Of a DNA stretch of 64,000 nucleotides, positions 19,400 to 29,121 are shown in pieces (the first letter of the stretch is position 1; every line of letters begins with the position of its first letter). The notes below the pieces were generated by a model. That model did no database searches, was not told the origin of the DNA, and saw only the letters and a list, made by a program, of their open reading frames with translations. This stretch comes from Acidobacteriota bacterium (GTDB lineage Bacteria; Acidobacteriota; Blastocatellia; RBC074): assembly GCA_033763255.1 (NCBI GenBank), contig JANRKX010000046.1, positions 166,471 through 230,470 of the forward strand, written 5' to 3'. A program made the translations under genes and the position numbers.

Positions 19400-20761
19400 C
19401 TAACGATGCTGCAACGCTCGTTCGACGGCGCGCGAAGGAATGATCGTCCCCCAGCCTTGCCGATTTACTTCGACACTTTCCAGGCGGATGGCCGTATCCA
19501 TCAATATGCGTTTGACCTGCTGAGGCGTCAGGCGCGGATTGGCTTCCAGCATTTGCGCGACGACGGACGAAACAATCGGCGCGGCGAAGCTGGTTCCGTC
19601 CACGTGTTTGTAATGGCCGCTGATGACGTTGGCGTCATGGAGTTTGATCGAAACCAGTTGGCGAATCAGATAGGCGGGCAAATCGCTGGCGGCGTCGAGT
19701 TGTTGGTCAATGCCGGGATGCGCTTTCAGCACGTCGCGCAATTCGGCATCTGGCGAATCCTGCAACAAATCGTAGAGTCTGGCTTCGGCGGCGGTCGGAG
19801 TTCCAGGCAAAATTGGCGCAGCCAGCCAGATGCTTGGGGCAACGATTTCCGGTTTCTGCAATCCGTCAATCGTCGGGCCGTACGAAGAGTGATAAGCCGC
19901 GTTGTCTTTCAGCTCAAGCGTGTTTTTGTCGTTGAACCCGCCAACCGTTATAACCGATGGCGCAGATGCAGGCGGCAATACGGCGTGATCGTTTCCGCCG
20001 CCGGAATTTCCCGCCGCGCAAACGACGACGATACCTTCTTTGACGGCGCGTTCGGCGGCTTGGGACAAACCGTCGGTCAGATACGAAGCTTCGTAATCGC
20101 CGCCGCAGGAAACATTGACGATACGAATGTTGTGTTCGGCGCGATGTTCGATCACCCATTCCAATCCGCGCTGAATGTCTTCGTGAACGATGCGATTGGC
20201 CGAACCGACTTTGACCAGCACCAGATTGGCTTCGCACGCCAGTCCGCGATACGCGCCGCCAGACAAATGCCCGTTGCCTGCCGCCACTACCGAAGTCATC
20301 AATCCATGCCAACTAGAATCGTTCGGTTCGAGAAATTCCTTTTGATCGGAGAAGGGCCAACTAGAGTCATTCGGTTCTTTGAATTCGCGTTCGTCGAAAT
20401 TCGGATTCGCCACATTGGCATAGCGCAAAATTCGGTTGCGAGGTTCGACCAGATCAGGATGTGGATAAAAGCCCGAATCCAGAAAGGCTATGGTTACGCC
20501 GCGACCGGCGAAACGTTCATTGGCTCCGACGCGCAACGGCGTAGGCAAAATGTGATATTCGCCGTCGTGAAAAATTTTCGGATTGGCGGCCATCCGTTCG
20601 CGCGCTCCGCGAAACAGATCGAAACAGGGCTGACAAAGCCCCTGTTCCGGCTGCCAGCCCGGTTCGTTGGATTGAATCAGGGAAATGAGCGATTCGTCCG
20701 CATTGTGCAAAGGCTGACGCCCGGAGCGGCTGCACAGCGGACACGATTCGTGAGACATCAT
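19400..20761 (-). CDS. Intracellular subtilase (S8, AprX-like) with N-terminal CxxC...CxxC motif
   Basis: IAFLDSG, HG, CAAGNSG, GTSFAAP; CPLC...CQPC; no signal peptide. Confidence 0.9.
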   Translation of the reverse strand: MMSHESCPLCSRSGRQPLHNADESLISLIQSNEPGWQPEQGLCQPCFDLFRGARERMAANPKIFHDGEYHILPTPLRVGANERFAGRGVTIAFLDSGFYPHPDLVEPRNRILRYANVANPNFDEREFKEPNDSSWPFSDQKEFLEPNDSSWHGLMTSVVAAGNGHLSGGAYRGLACEANLVLVKVGSANRIVHEDIQRGLEWVIEHRAEHNIRIVNVSCGGDYEASYLTDGLSQAAERAVKEGIVVVCAAGNSGGGNDHAVLPPASAPSVITVGGFNDKNTLELKDNAAYHSSYGPTIDGLQKPEIVAPSIWLAAPILPGTPTAAEARLYDLLQDSPDAELRDVLKAHPGIDQQLDAASDLPAYLIRQLVSIKLHDANVISGHYKHVDGTSFAAPIVSSVVAQMLEANPRLTPQQVKRILMDTAIRLESVEVNRQGWGTIIPSRAVERALQHR

Positions 20762-20773
20762 TGTCGAGCCGGG

Positions 20774-21148
20774 TTATTGCCTGCCCAGCGCAGCGGTGAT
20801 GCCGCGTCGCATGTTGTCCAGGCCGGAAGCTTTGTTGATGAAGGAAGTGTTGTCATCCACCGGAATGCCAGTCAGTCCGCGCGTTGTGCGGTCGGCGGTG
20901 GAAATGATGACCGGAATATGTTTCAGCGCATCGTTCTGCCGAATGTGTTTCAAAACTTCGTAACCTTCCACAAACGGCATGTTGACGTCCAGAATGACAA
21001 GCTGGAAATCACTGTCGCCGGTCAGAATTTCAATCGCCTGTCGGCCATCTTCGGCTTCGACCACTTTCAGATTTTCCGCTTCAGCCACCGCCGTCCACAG
21101 CACGCGAGCATCGCGGTCATCATCGGCAATTAACACACGTTCGGGCAT
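20774..21148 (-). CDS. Single-domain response regulator (receiver)
   Basis: VLIADDD, LVILDVNMPFVEG, IPVIIST, conserved K. Confidence 0.9.
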   Translation of the reverse strand: MPERVLIADDDRDARVLWTAVAEAENLKVVEAEDGRQAIEILTGDSDFQLVILDVNMPFVEGYEVLKHIRQNDALKHIPVIISTADRTTRGLTGIPVDDNTSFINKASGLDNMRRGITAALGRQ

Positions 21149-21240
21149 TCGACTTCCTCCTGAATTTAATCAATTGTTGGGTATGGGAAAGACAAGCGCA
21201 ATCTAGCACGGCTGATAGCAAAGGCTCAACGAGTGGGCGA

Positions 21241-21825
21241 TCAAGCATTCGACTTCATCCGTCCATACAGCCAGGCTTTGGCCGAAGCCCAATCTCGTTT
21301 GACGGTCGCCAACGATACTCCCAGCACATCGGCGATTTCCTGTTCGGTCAATCCGCCGAAATATCGCAATTCGACGACCTGTGCGGCGCGCGGATCAATC
21401 AGCGCAAGATCGTTCAAGGCTTCATCCAATGACAGCAAATCAATTTTTCGATTCAGAAAATTTGCAGGCGACAAGCTGTTCGCCGCTTCTTCTACCCAAC
21501 GCTGATCGCCATTGTTGCGAACCTGGCGATGACGCGCTGCGTCAATCAAAATGCGTCGCATGGCATTCGACGCGACAACGAAAAAATGCGCGCGACATTG
21601 CCATTCCACTTGCGCGCCGCCAATCAACCGAACAAAGGTTTCATTGACCAGAGCCGTGGCCGACAGCGTTTGATAGCCGTGTTCTCCGGCAAGATAACTT
21701 TTCGCGCGCTGGCGCAATTCGGCATAAACCAATTCTGTAATTTGTTCTGCGGCATGGTTGTCACCTTCACGCCAAGCCAGCAGCAATGTGGTGAAATCCG
21801 GTGAGGACAAGGCCGTAACCTCCAT
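21241..21825 (-). CDS. ECF sigma factor, TIGR02999/kinase-associated type
   Basis: [46 protein letters not shown]. Confidence 0.93.
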   Translation of the reverse strand: MEVTALSSPDFTTLLLAWREGDNHAAEQITELVYAELRQRAKSYLAGEHGYQTLSATALVNETFVRLIGGAQVEWQCRAHFFVVASNAMRRILIDAARHRQVRNNGDQRWVEEAANSLSPANFLNRKIDLLSLDEALNDLALIDPRAAQVVELRYFGGLTEQEIADVLGVSLATVKRDWASAKAWLYGRMKSNA

Positions 21826-21851
21826 CAATTAACGTAATTTGTTTCGTGGAA

Positions 21852-21881
21852 GTGAGCTGTTTGCTCTGATTCGTCCGCATT
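21852..21881 (+). promoter_or_regulatory. Putative ECF promoter GTGAGC-N18-CGCATT upstream of the kinase gene
   Basis: Same boxes and spacing recur at 25517-25546. Confidence 0.65.
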
Positions 21882-21932
21882 ATACTTGCGAAGAATGGAT
21901 GAACAACGTTTCTCACCCAACTCCTTTGAGCA

Positions 21933-24900
21933 ATGAACATTGACCAGTGGCGACAAGTGAAAGAAATCTTCGAAGCCTCGTTGGATTGCGAGCCGCCGGT
22001 GCGCGTGCAATTCATCGCCGAACACAGCAATGGCGATCAGGCCATCCGGCAAGCGGCGGAAAAAATGCTCAGCGATTTCGCCGAATCCGGCGATTTTCTG
22101 GAAGAACCGGCGCTGGTCGAACTCGGACTCGACGGTGTGCAATTCGATCCCGGCTACGAACAAGGTCGCCGCATCGGCCCTTACCGCATTGTCAGCGAAA
22201 TCGGGCAAGGCGGCATGGGCGCAGTGTATCTGGCCGAACGCGCCGACGACGCTTATGAAAAGCGCGTCGCCATCAAGATGGTCTGGCCGGGCGGCATTCG
22301 TTCGGAAATCAATCGGCGATTCAATATCGAACGTCGCGTGCTGGCTGCGCTGGAACATCCGAACATCGCTCGTTTGCTGGATGGCGGCGTCACCGAAGAC
22401 GGCTGGTCTTACGTGGTGATGGAATATGTGGATGGTGTGCCAATCACCGAATACTGCGACCGCCAAAAACTTTCCATCGCCGAACGTTTGAAGCTCTTTC
22501 AATCGGTCTGCGAAGCCGTGCAATACGCTCACCAAAACCTGATCGTTCACCGTGACCTGAAACCATCGAACATATTGGTGACGAACGCGGGCGAAGTGAA
22601 GCTGCTGGATTTCGGCATTGCCAAAATTCTCGATCCGACCGACGACGCTTCCGGCCAATCACCGACCTTGCTGAATTTCCTGACGCCGGAATACGCAAGC
22701 CCCGAACACATCGCCGGCCAGCGCATCACCACGGCCAGCGATGTATACAGTTTGGGCGTGCTGCTGTATGAACTGCTGACCGGCGCGCGCCCATTTAACC
22801 CGACTTCGCGTTCGCCGCAGGAACTGATCCGATTGATCGAAACGCACGAACCTGCTCGCCCCAGCCAGGTGTCTGTTCAGCTTGACGCCGCCACGCGAAA
22901 ACAACTGCGCGGCGATCTGGATAACATCATCCTGAAGGCGCTGCAAAAAGAACCTCTCCGACGGTATCAATCCGCCCGCCAATTTAGCGAAGACATCGCG
23001 CGTCACCTCAACGGCGAACCTGTCATTGCCCGCGAAGCGACGCTGTCGTATCGGCTGGGCAAATTTACAAGGCGCAACTCTGGGAGAGTAGCGATTTTAT
23101 TTTTGGTCTTGCTGGCGCTGCTTGGAGTGAGTTTTTACTACGCTCAACAAGCTAAACTTGCGCGCGCAGAAGCTCGACGACAACGTCAGGAAATTTATGC
23201 TTCACGCATGCAACTCGCAGCACAAGAATTGGATGCTGGCAATCTTGCGCGCGCACGAGATTTGGTTGAGCAATACTTTCTAAGCTCTTCCCAAGAGAAT
23301 GATGAAGATTGGCGGGGGTTTGAATGGTATGCACTTTGGCACGCAACACACACTGGGCTGAAAACAATACGTCACCCTGGCTACGATTTCGATGGCGATG
23401 TAAGTCCTGACGGAAAAAAACTTTTTCTTCGTTCACGGTCTGGTGAAATAGTCGTATATGACCTGCAAGCAGAGCAAATAGAGTTTGTGCTAGCAAACCA
23501 AGGCGATTGGATAGCTCAGCTTGATGTCTCGCGGGATGGGCGACGCTTGGCAGCGAGTGGCCGTGTTCATGGTGTAGTCAGGGTTTGGGACATTTCCACA
23601 CGACGCGCTTTATGTGAAATCAATGCTCACGATAACGGAACTTATACTGTTGCGCTCAGCCCAGATGGAAAATTGCTTGCAACCGGCAGCATTGATGGTT
23701 CGGCAAAAATTTGGGACGTTGAAACTGGACAACTTTTGCATGACAGAAAGTTCGAACGATGGGTTCGTTATGTCGCTTTTTCGTCCGACGGAAAGCAATT
23801 GGCTTTCGCCAGCGCAAAGGCTTATCCCACTGGTGTGCTTACACTGCTCAATGCCCATACTTTCCAGATCACAACAACAATCGAGTTAAGTTCTGCGCTG
23901 CAACGGTTTCAATTTTCGTCCGATGGAAAGTTGCTGGTCGGTGCTCCGCGCGACGGCAAAGTGCGTGTTTGGGAAGTTGACACACAAAAGTTGTTGCATG
24001 AGTTCTCTGCTCACCAAGGAATCGTTTGGGATGTCGCATTTTCACCCGACAACAAATTGGTTGCTTCTCGTGGGGATGACGGGAATTTAAGTGTTTCGGA
24101 TTTGACCCAGCACAAGGACAACGTATGGACAAAAGGATATGGCGACGCCGAAATTATGTCGGTAGCTTTCTTGCCTAACCAAATCGGCAACTACGTTGTT
24201 GTCACTTGTGGATATGATGGAACCACTTTTTGGAACTTAGCCGAGGTAAGGGCGACCTCTGAAACAGCAATGGCTCCAGACCAAATAAACGCCATCGCAA
24301 TTTCGCTGGATGGCAGATTGCTGGCTTCAACAGGTAGAGGGTTCACCAAATTATGGACTTTTCCCAACATCAAAGAACTGGCCGGAGGTTATACCGCGCC
24401 GGGTGATTACACAATTGCCTTTTCACCTGATGGACGATGGTTAGTGACAGGGAGCGGTTACATTGGGTTGTCGGGCTTGATTCGGTTACGCGAAGCAGCA
24501 ACAGGGGAAGTATGTTTTTCCTGGCAAGGGCATGGCAGTGAAATCAAAAGTGCAGCTTTTTCTCCCGATGGCAGAATGCTGGCAACAGTTGGCGATTCGA
24601 TGATAAAGGTTTGGGGGATTCCGTCGGGCCAATTGCATATGCAAATCAAGGCTCACAATTATCAAAGTATTTCTGTAGCATTTTCACCTGATGGCAGGCG
24701 ACTGGTGAGTGGTGGGTACGATGCATTGGCAAAAGTCTGGGACGTCATAAACGGAAGAGAATTATTGACTTTGAACGGTCATCCGTATCAGGTAAACGCA
24801 GTGCTCTTTTCTCCACAGGGAAATTTAGTTGCCACAGCCAGCGCCGATCATTTGATTAAGCTTTGGGACGCAACAAATGGAAGAGAAATTCATACACTCA

Positions 24901-25166
24901 TTGGGCATTCGCGTGAAGTAAAAGCCATTGCTTTTTCCCCAGATGGAAGTCGTTTGGCATCAGCCGGCATGGATCGTACAGTTAGAATATGGGATGTCGA
25001 AAGCGGGTTGCCGCTGACGACGTTTCAAAGCGATAACGAATCGTCCACGTCTATTGCTTTTTCTCCAGATGGTAAGTTTCTCATAGCTGGAGGCACAAAG
25101 GGGACTTTACAAATTTGGCGGGCGGCAACGGAAGAAGAAATCCGTGCATTGCCTATCAAGCACTGA
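21933..25166 (+). CDS. Hanks-type Ser/Thr protein kinase with TM segment and WD40 repeats
   Basis: IGQGGMGAVY, VAIK, HRDLKPSN, DFG, TPEYASPE; TM VAILFLVLLALLGVSFYY; many GH...FSPDG...WD repeats. Confidence 0.95.
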   Translation: MNIDQWRQVKEIFEASLDCEPPVRVQFIAEHSNGDQAIRQAAEKMLSDFAESGDFLEEPALVELGLDGVQFDPGYEQGRRIGPYRIVSEIGQGGMGAVYLAERADDAYEKRVAIKMVWPGGIRSEINRRFNIERRVLAALEHPNIARLLDGGVTEDGWSYVVMEYVDGVPITEYCDRQKLSIAERLKLFQSVCEAVQYAHQNLIVHRDLKPSNILVTNAGEVKLLDFGIAKILDPTDDASGQSPTLLNFLTPEYASPEHIAGQRITTASDVYSLGVLLYELLTGARPFNPTSRSPQELIRLIETHEPARPSQVSVQLDAATRKQLRGDLDNIILKALQKEPLRRYQSARQFSEDIARHLNGEPVIAREATLSYRLGKFTRRNSGRVAILFLVLLALLGVSFYYAQQAKLARAEARRQRQEIYASRMQLAAQELDAGNLARARDLVEQYFLSSSQENDEDWRGFEWYALWHATHTGLKTIRHPGYDFDGDVSPDGKKLFLRSRSGEIVVYDLQAEQIEFVLANQGDWIAQLDVSRDGRRLAASGRVHGVVRVWDISTRRALCEINAHDNGTYTVALSPDGKLLATGSIDGSAKIWDVETGQLLHDRKFERWVRYVAFSSDGKQLAFASAKAYPTGVLTLLNAHTFQITTTIELSSALQRFQFSSDGKLLVGAPRDGKVRVWEVDTQKLLHEFSAHQGIVWDVAFSPDNKLVASRGDDGNLSVSDLTQHKDNVWTKGYGDAEIMSVAFLPNQIGNYVVVTCGYDGTTFWNLAEVRATSETAMAPDQINAIAISLDGRLLASTGRGFTKLWTFPNIKELAGGYTAPGDYTIAFSPDGRWLVTGSGYIGLSGLIRLREAATGEVCFSWQGHGSEIKSAAFSPDGRMLATVGDSMIKVWGIPSGQLHMQIKAHNYQSISVAFSPDGRRLVSGGYDALAKVWDVINGRELLTLNGHPYQVNAVLFSPQGNLVATASADHLIKLWDATNGREIHTLIGHSREVKAIAFSPDGSRLASAGMDRTVRIWDVESGLPLTTFQSDNESSTSIAFSPDGKFLIAGGTKGTLQIWRAATEEEIRALPIKH

Positions 25167-25207
25167 ATCAGTCACTGATGTTATGCGCTAAAGAATCGAA
25201 CATTGGG

Positions 25208-25429
25208 TTTGACACAGTTTTCGTCCCGGCAGGGACGGTTGATATTAGCCCGGCAGTTCACTGCCGGGAAAAGCAGCGAATGAATCAGCGTCCTGTCGGG
25301 ACGCTTGAGTTTCCGCCAGAACAGGATTCAAGCGTCCTTACAGGACGCGGCAGAGAAATGCTCTGCTACCCGGCGTTGAAACGCCGCGCTAATTTCAACC
25401 GTCCCTACCGGGACGAAGAAACTGTCAAA
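25208..25429. mobile_element. Nested inverted-repeat element (REPIN/MITE-like)
   Basis: Outer arms cgtcccggcagggacggttga / tcaaccgtccctaccgggacg; inner arms cgtcctgtcgggacgcttga / tcaagcgtccttacaggacg. Confidence 0.75.
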
Positions 25430-25516
25430 CGCTTTATTTGATCTGCCATCGCGTAACGTGAATCCCCCCCAACCTGCCCGATTTATTCCAACACCAACAA
25501 AAAAATTTCCCGCCGC

Positions 25517-25546
25517 GTGAGCTGTTTTTCCCGCCTCGCTCGCATT
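25517..25546 (+). promoter_or_regulatory. Putative ECF promoter GTGAGC-N18-CGCATT upstream of the SET/SMR/PRMT operon
   Basis: gtgagctgttt...cgcatt, matching 21852-21881. Confidence 0.65.
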
Positions 25547-25601
25547 CCAGTCAGTTAAAGCAAATCAGCTTTAACCCAGGTTTCGCCCCACTGAGGAAGG
25601 A

Positions 25602-26225
25602 ATGCCGAGTTTCAAAGCGTTCGTAATTGTCGTTTGGATCGCAGCGGTGTGCGCAATCTCGGGCTGGGCACAGAGCGCGCCGCCATCGGTCTTTATCGAA
25701 ACCGAACGCATCTTCAACCGGCAGGGCGAACCGTTTACGCAATTTGTGTTGACGCTCAATCGCAGTTTGCAACGCGCGCCAAACTATTCCTGGCAAGTGG
25801 CGGCGGACGGTTGGGCGGGCGGCGAAGACCCGTACTTTGCCCTTCGGCTCGAAGCCTGTCGCCGCGTTGAACGCGGAGCGCACGCCATCCAAAGCTGCGG
25901 CGGAATGGGCGTGTATTACGAAGTGCAAACGAACGGCGCTTCTCCCGTAGCCGCCATCAGCGCGGAAGCGGATTGGTTTCACGGGCGAGTGAAAAGCTAT
26001 GCGTCGTTTGAACGCGCGTTCATGGCGCCGACATTCAGTTATTACCACGCCGAAGCGTCGGCTGCTGCGTGGGAGCGAGGGCGATTTCGGGTTTCCGCAG
26101 GCGTTCTCAGCCGAACGATCCAGCGCGCAGCCGCAAAGCTCGCGCTGGATTTCGATCAGCGAGCGCAACTGTTCGCAACCGCAGGCAGCGGACAAGCGAC
26201 CGTGGGGGTGAGCCTCAGATTCTGA
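25602..26225 (+). CDS. Secreted hypothetical protein, possibly an outer-membrane beta-barrel
   Basis: Signal peptide (GWA-QS); alternating aromatic strands; terminal VGVSLRF; GAGGAAGGA RBS. Confidence 0.7.
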   Translation: MPSFKAFVIVVWIAAVCAISGWAQSAPPSVFIETERIFNRQGEPFTQFVLTLNRSLQRAPNYSWQVAADGWAGGEDPYFALRLEACRRVERGAHAIQSCGGMGVYYEVQTNGASPVAAISAEADWFHGRVKSYASFERAFMAPTFSYYHAEASAAAWERGRFRVSAGVLSRTIQRAAAKLALDFDQRAQLFATAGSGQATVGVSLRF

Positions 26226-26249
26226 AAAGGGAGAAGATTTGGAAATCGC

Positions 26250-26645
26250 ATGTTGTTAGTCAAGGCACGAGTGGGAGCCAGCAACATTCACGGCTTTGGG
26301 CTGATCGCTCAGGAATTCATTCCCAAAGGAACCTGCATCTGGCGGTTTCAGTCAGGCTTCGATTTGCTGATTGGCGAAGACGAATTCTTGCGACTTTCCG
26401 CAGCGGTGCAGCACCAAGTACGGCATTACGCCTTTTTCGATGAAGCGCGGCGGGTTTACGTGCTTTCCAATGACGACGACCGCTTCACCAACCATTCCGA
26501 TAATCCGAATTCACAGGAAGAAATTGGAGGAGGCGGGTACAAGAGCTATGCCATACGTGACATTCAGGCGGGCGAAGAAATTACCTGTGATTACCGCATT
26601 TGGGGGAAAACCGATTTTCCCTTTCGCGAAGGCGGTCAGCGATGA
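26250..26645 (+). CDS. SET-domain protein (lysine methyltransferase fold)
   Basis: IHGFGLIA, RFTNHSDNPN, AIRDIQAGEEITCDY. Confidence 0.93.
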   Translation: MLLVKARVGASNIHGFGLIAQEFIPKGTCIWRFQSGFDLLIGEDEFLRLSAAVQHQVRHYAFFDEARRVYVLSNDDDRFTNHSDNPNSQEEIGGGGYKSYAIRDIQAGEEITCDYRIWGKTDFPFREGGQR

Positions 26646-26980
26646 AAGAAATTCTGCGCCCGTTATTGGTCGTGATTGCAATGGCCGCACTGACGACTAT
26701 GGGCGATTACTTTCTGAAACGCGCCAGTCTGCAACCGTCCATTTTCAATCGCTGGTTGGCGAGTGGGTGGTTAATTTATGGAGCCACTGCACTGGGTTGG
26801 GCTTGGACAATGCGTCATTTGAAACTGGCGACGCTTGGGGCTGTCTTTTCAGTTTCGATGGTTTTGTTGATGGCTCTGCTGGGGTTTCTGGTGTTTCGAG
26901 AAACGCTGAGCAAATCGGAAATCGTCGGCATCGTGTTGGCGCTAATTTCAGTTGGAATGCTGGCCAGGTTTTCCGATTAA
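26642..26980 (+). CDS. SMR/DMT-like 4-TM transporter subunit
   Basis: Four TMs; GFLVFRETLS...IVGIVLALI motif; ATGA overlap with the SET gene. Confidence 0.85.
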   Translation: MKEILRPLLVVIAMAALTTMGDYFLKRASLQPSIFNRWLASGWLIYGATALGWAWTMRHLKLATLGAVFSVSMVLLMALLGFLVFRETLSKSEIVGIVLALISVGMLARFSD

Positions 26981-27010
26981 GGGCGAATCTTTGAAACAGG
27001 CAGATCAATT

Positions 27011-27361
27011 ATGAACCCAAATAATAACAATCTGGCAGTTGTCTATGCGCTGCTCATATTGATCGGGCTGACCAGCGGAGTCGGCGACATCTTGCTTTAC
27101 AAATGGGCGAAGGCTGCGCATTTCGGCTGGCTGTTGGCGGCGTATGCCGTCTGGTCGGTCAGCATCGCCTCGCTCGGATTGCTGTTCAAATTGGATCATT
27201 TCTCCTTTGGCGCGGCAGTCGTGCTGGCGACGGTCATTCATTTGGCCATCGGAGTTTGCTGGAGCTTGATGATGACCAGCGCCAAAGTCACCACGTTGGA
27301 AATCATCGGCTTGATTTTCGCCGCTATTGCCGTGGTCTTGCTGGAAATGGGGCGAGCATGA
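27011..27361 (+). CDS. Second SMR/DMT-like 4-TM transporter subunit
   Basis: Four TMs; GDILLYKW resembles GDYFLKR in the preceding gene. Confidence 0.8.
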   Translation: MNPNNNNLAVVYALLILIGLTSGVGDILLYKWAKAAHFGWLLAAYAVWSVSIASLGLLFKLDHFSFGAAVVLATVIHLAIGVCWSLMMTSAKVTTLEIIGLIFAAIAVVLLEMGRA

Positions 27362-27374
27362 GCGATCTGAGATT

Positions 27375-28271
27375 ATGCAAAACGATCTGTTTTCGAAATC
27401 CGAAATTCCTTCGATGTGTTTGCGCGACTTAAAGCGTACAGAAGCGTTTCGTTCAGCCATCAACCGGGTCGTCAAACCCGGCGATGTCGTTCTGGACGCC
27501 GGAGCGGGCAGCGGCATTCTGTCATTTTTCGCGGCGGCGGCTGGCGCGCGCAAGGTTTACTCCGTTGAGTACGATCCAGGCTTGGCGGAACTGCTTCGCC
27601 GGAACGCCGCGCGGAATGGCTTTGCCGAAGTCATCGAAGTCATCGCGGGCGATGTCCGCGAATTGCGATTGCCTGTGCAAGTGGATGTCTTGATCGCCGA
27701 ACTGATCGAAACCTGGTTGCTGGATGAATTGCAGATTCCAGCTTTGAACGCGTTGCGAGCCAACCGAGTTATTGGCTCAAAGACGAAGATGATTCCCGAA
27801 CGTTACGAAGCCTTCGCCACGTTCGGCCACTTGGATTTCGACTGTTACGGCTTTCAACTTCCGTTTCCGCTTCACAACTGGCCTTACCTGCCTGAATCCA
27901 CCGGATGGCAGATGTTGCCATTCCATCCACTGACGGAAGCTGTAAAAGCCTTCGAGCTTCGATTTAACCGGTACAGCGATCCGAATTTCCAAATGACGAT
28001 CCGCGCCAATTCAATTGCTGCTGGCAAGGTGAACGCGATGCGGCTTTCCGGCATGGCGTATCTGGTCAATGACCTGACGCTGGGCGCTACGGTCGCCCTT
28101 AACGGTGACAAAGTTATCCCGATTGAATCTTTCGACGTGCATCCAAACGAGCCTGTCAATTTGTCTCTTTCCGGCAACTGGGGAGCAGGATTAGCCAGGA
28201 TTTCCGCAACCATGAGTTTTCAATTTGTCTCCGATGATAATCGGCAAGTTGTCGGAGTTCGTCAGGTGTAG
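27375..28271 (+). CDS. Class I SAM methyltransferase resembling protein arginine methyltransferases (PRMT-like)
   Basis: RTEAFRSAI, VVLDAGAGSGILSFFAAAAGARKVYSVE, VDVLIAELIETWLLDE (double-E-loop-like), MIP; start ATG 27375. Confidence 0.85.
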   Translation: MQNDLFSKSEIPSMCLRDLKRTEAFRSAINRVVKPGDVVLDAGAGSGILSFFAAAAGARKVYSVEYDPGLAELLRRNAARNGFAEVIEVIAGDVRELRLPVQVDVLIAELIETWLLDELQIPALNALRANRVIGSKTKMIPERYEAFATFGHLDFDCYGFQLPFPLHNWPYLPESTGWQMLPFHPLTEAVKAFELRFNRYSDPNFQMTIRANSIAAGKVNAMRLSGMAYLVNDLTLGATVALNGDKVIPIESFDVHPNEPVNLSLSGNWGAGLARISATMSFQFVSDDNRQVVGVRQV

Positions 28272-28341
28272 GCGGATTTGGTTTCTGAGATAGCGCGTTC
28301 AAATCAGTGGTTGGGCCGATTTGAACGCGCTGGTTTGGGAG

Positions 28342-29121
28342 TTATTTCGCTTTGATAGCTTCGGTCAGAATTCGGCACATGGCGTTGCTGGGCGTTTCCA
28401 GCTTCAGCAATGCGGCCAGCGTAGGAGCAATGTCCGCCGGGCTGCTGACGGTGTGAAAGCTCCCTGCCGCAATGCCCGCGCCGTAAAAAATCACCGGCAC
28501 GTGCGTGTCGTATTTGTAGGGCGATCCGTGCGTTGTCGTCACCGATTCACCAACGAAATAAAACGGCTGGGTGATGATGACCAGATTGCCGTTGCGTTGC
28601 GGGTGAAAACCGTTGGTCACGCCTCGTGCGATGGGAGTGTTCGGCATTTGTCCCGCCAGAATCTGTGACCGCGTGAAGGCTTCGACAATCGCGGGCAGTT
28701 TCAGCAGCGCTTGGCTGGCGACCGCTTCGACTTCGGCGGCGTCGAGTTTGCGGCGTTCGATGGCCGCTTCGTCCAGGTACACATTGCCGTTGACGGTTTG
28801 CAGCACCCATTTTTCTTCGCCAAACCGTTGGTTCAATGCGGCGGTGAGGGCATCGTTGATTGGTTTGGCTTCGATTCGGCCACCGTATCCCAACTGTTGA
28901 ACCTGTTCGGGAATTGGCGCAACGCCGTGATCGGCGGTCAGCGCAATGACCACCTGATCCAATCCGATTTTCTTGTCCAGATAAGCGAACAATTCTGCCA
29001 GCGTGCGGTCGGTTCGCAACGTCATATCGTGAACTTCCTGGCTGTACGGCCCCATCGCGTGGCCGAGCAAATCGTTGGCCGAAAAGCTGATCGTCAACAA
29101 ATCCGTCACGTCGTCCGCGCC
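28342..29121 (-). pseudogene. C-terminal ~260 codons of a PafA-like alkaline phosphatase family gene; 5' half missing
   Basis: GADDVTDLLTISFSANDLLGHAMGP, LTADHGV, TTHGSPYKYDTHVP; resemblance stops abruptly at 29121. Confidence 0.8.

Noticed and set aside
19283-21133. 616-aa plus-strand ORF
   Set aside because: Antisense to the subtilase and receiver genes; no recognisable motif or RBS.
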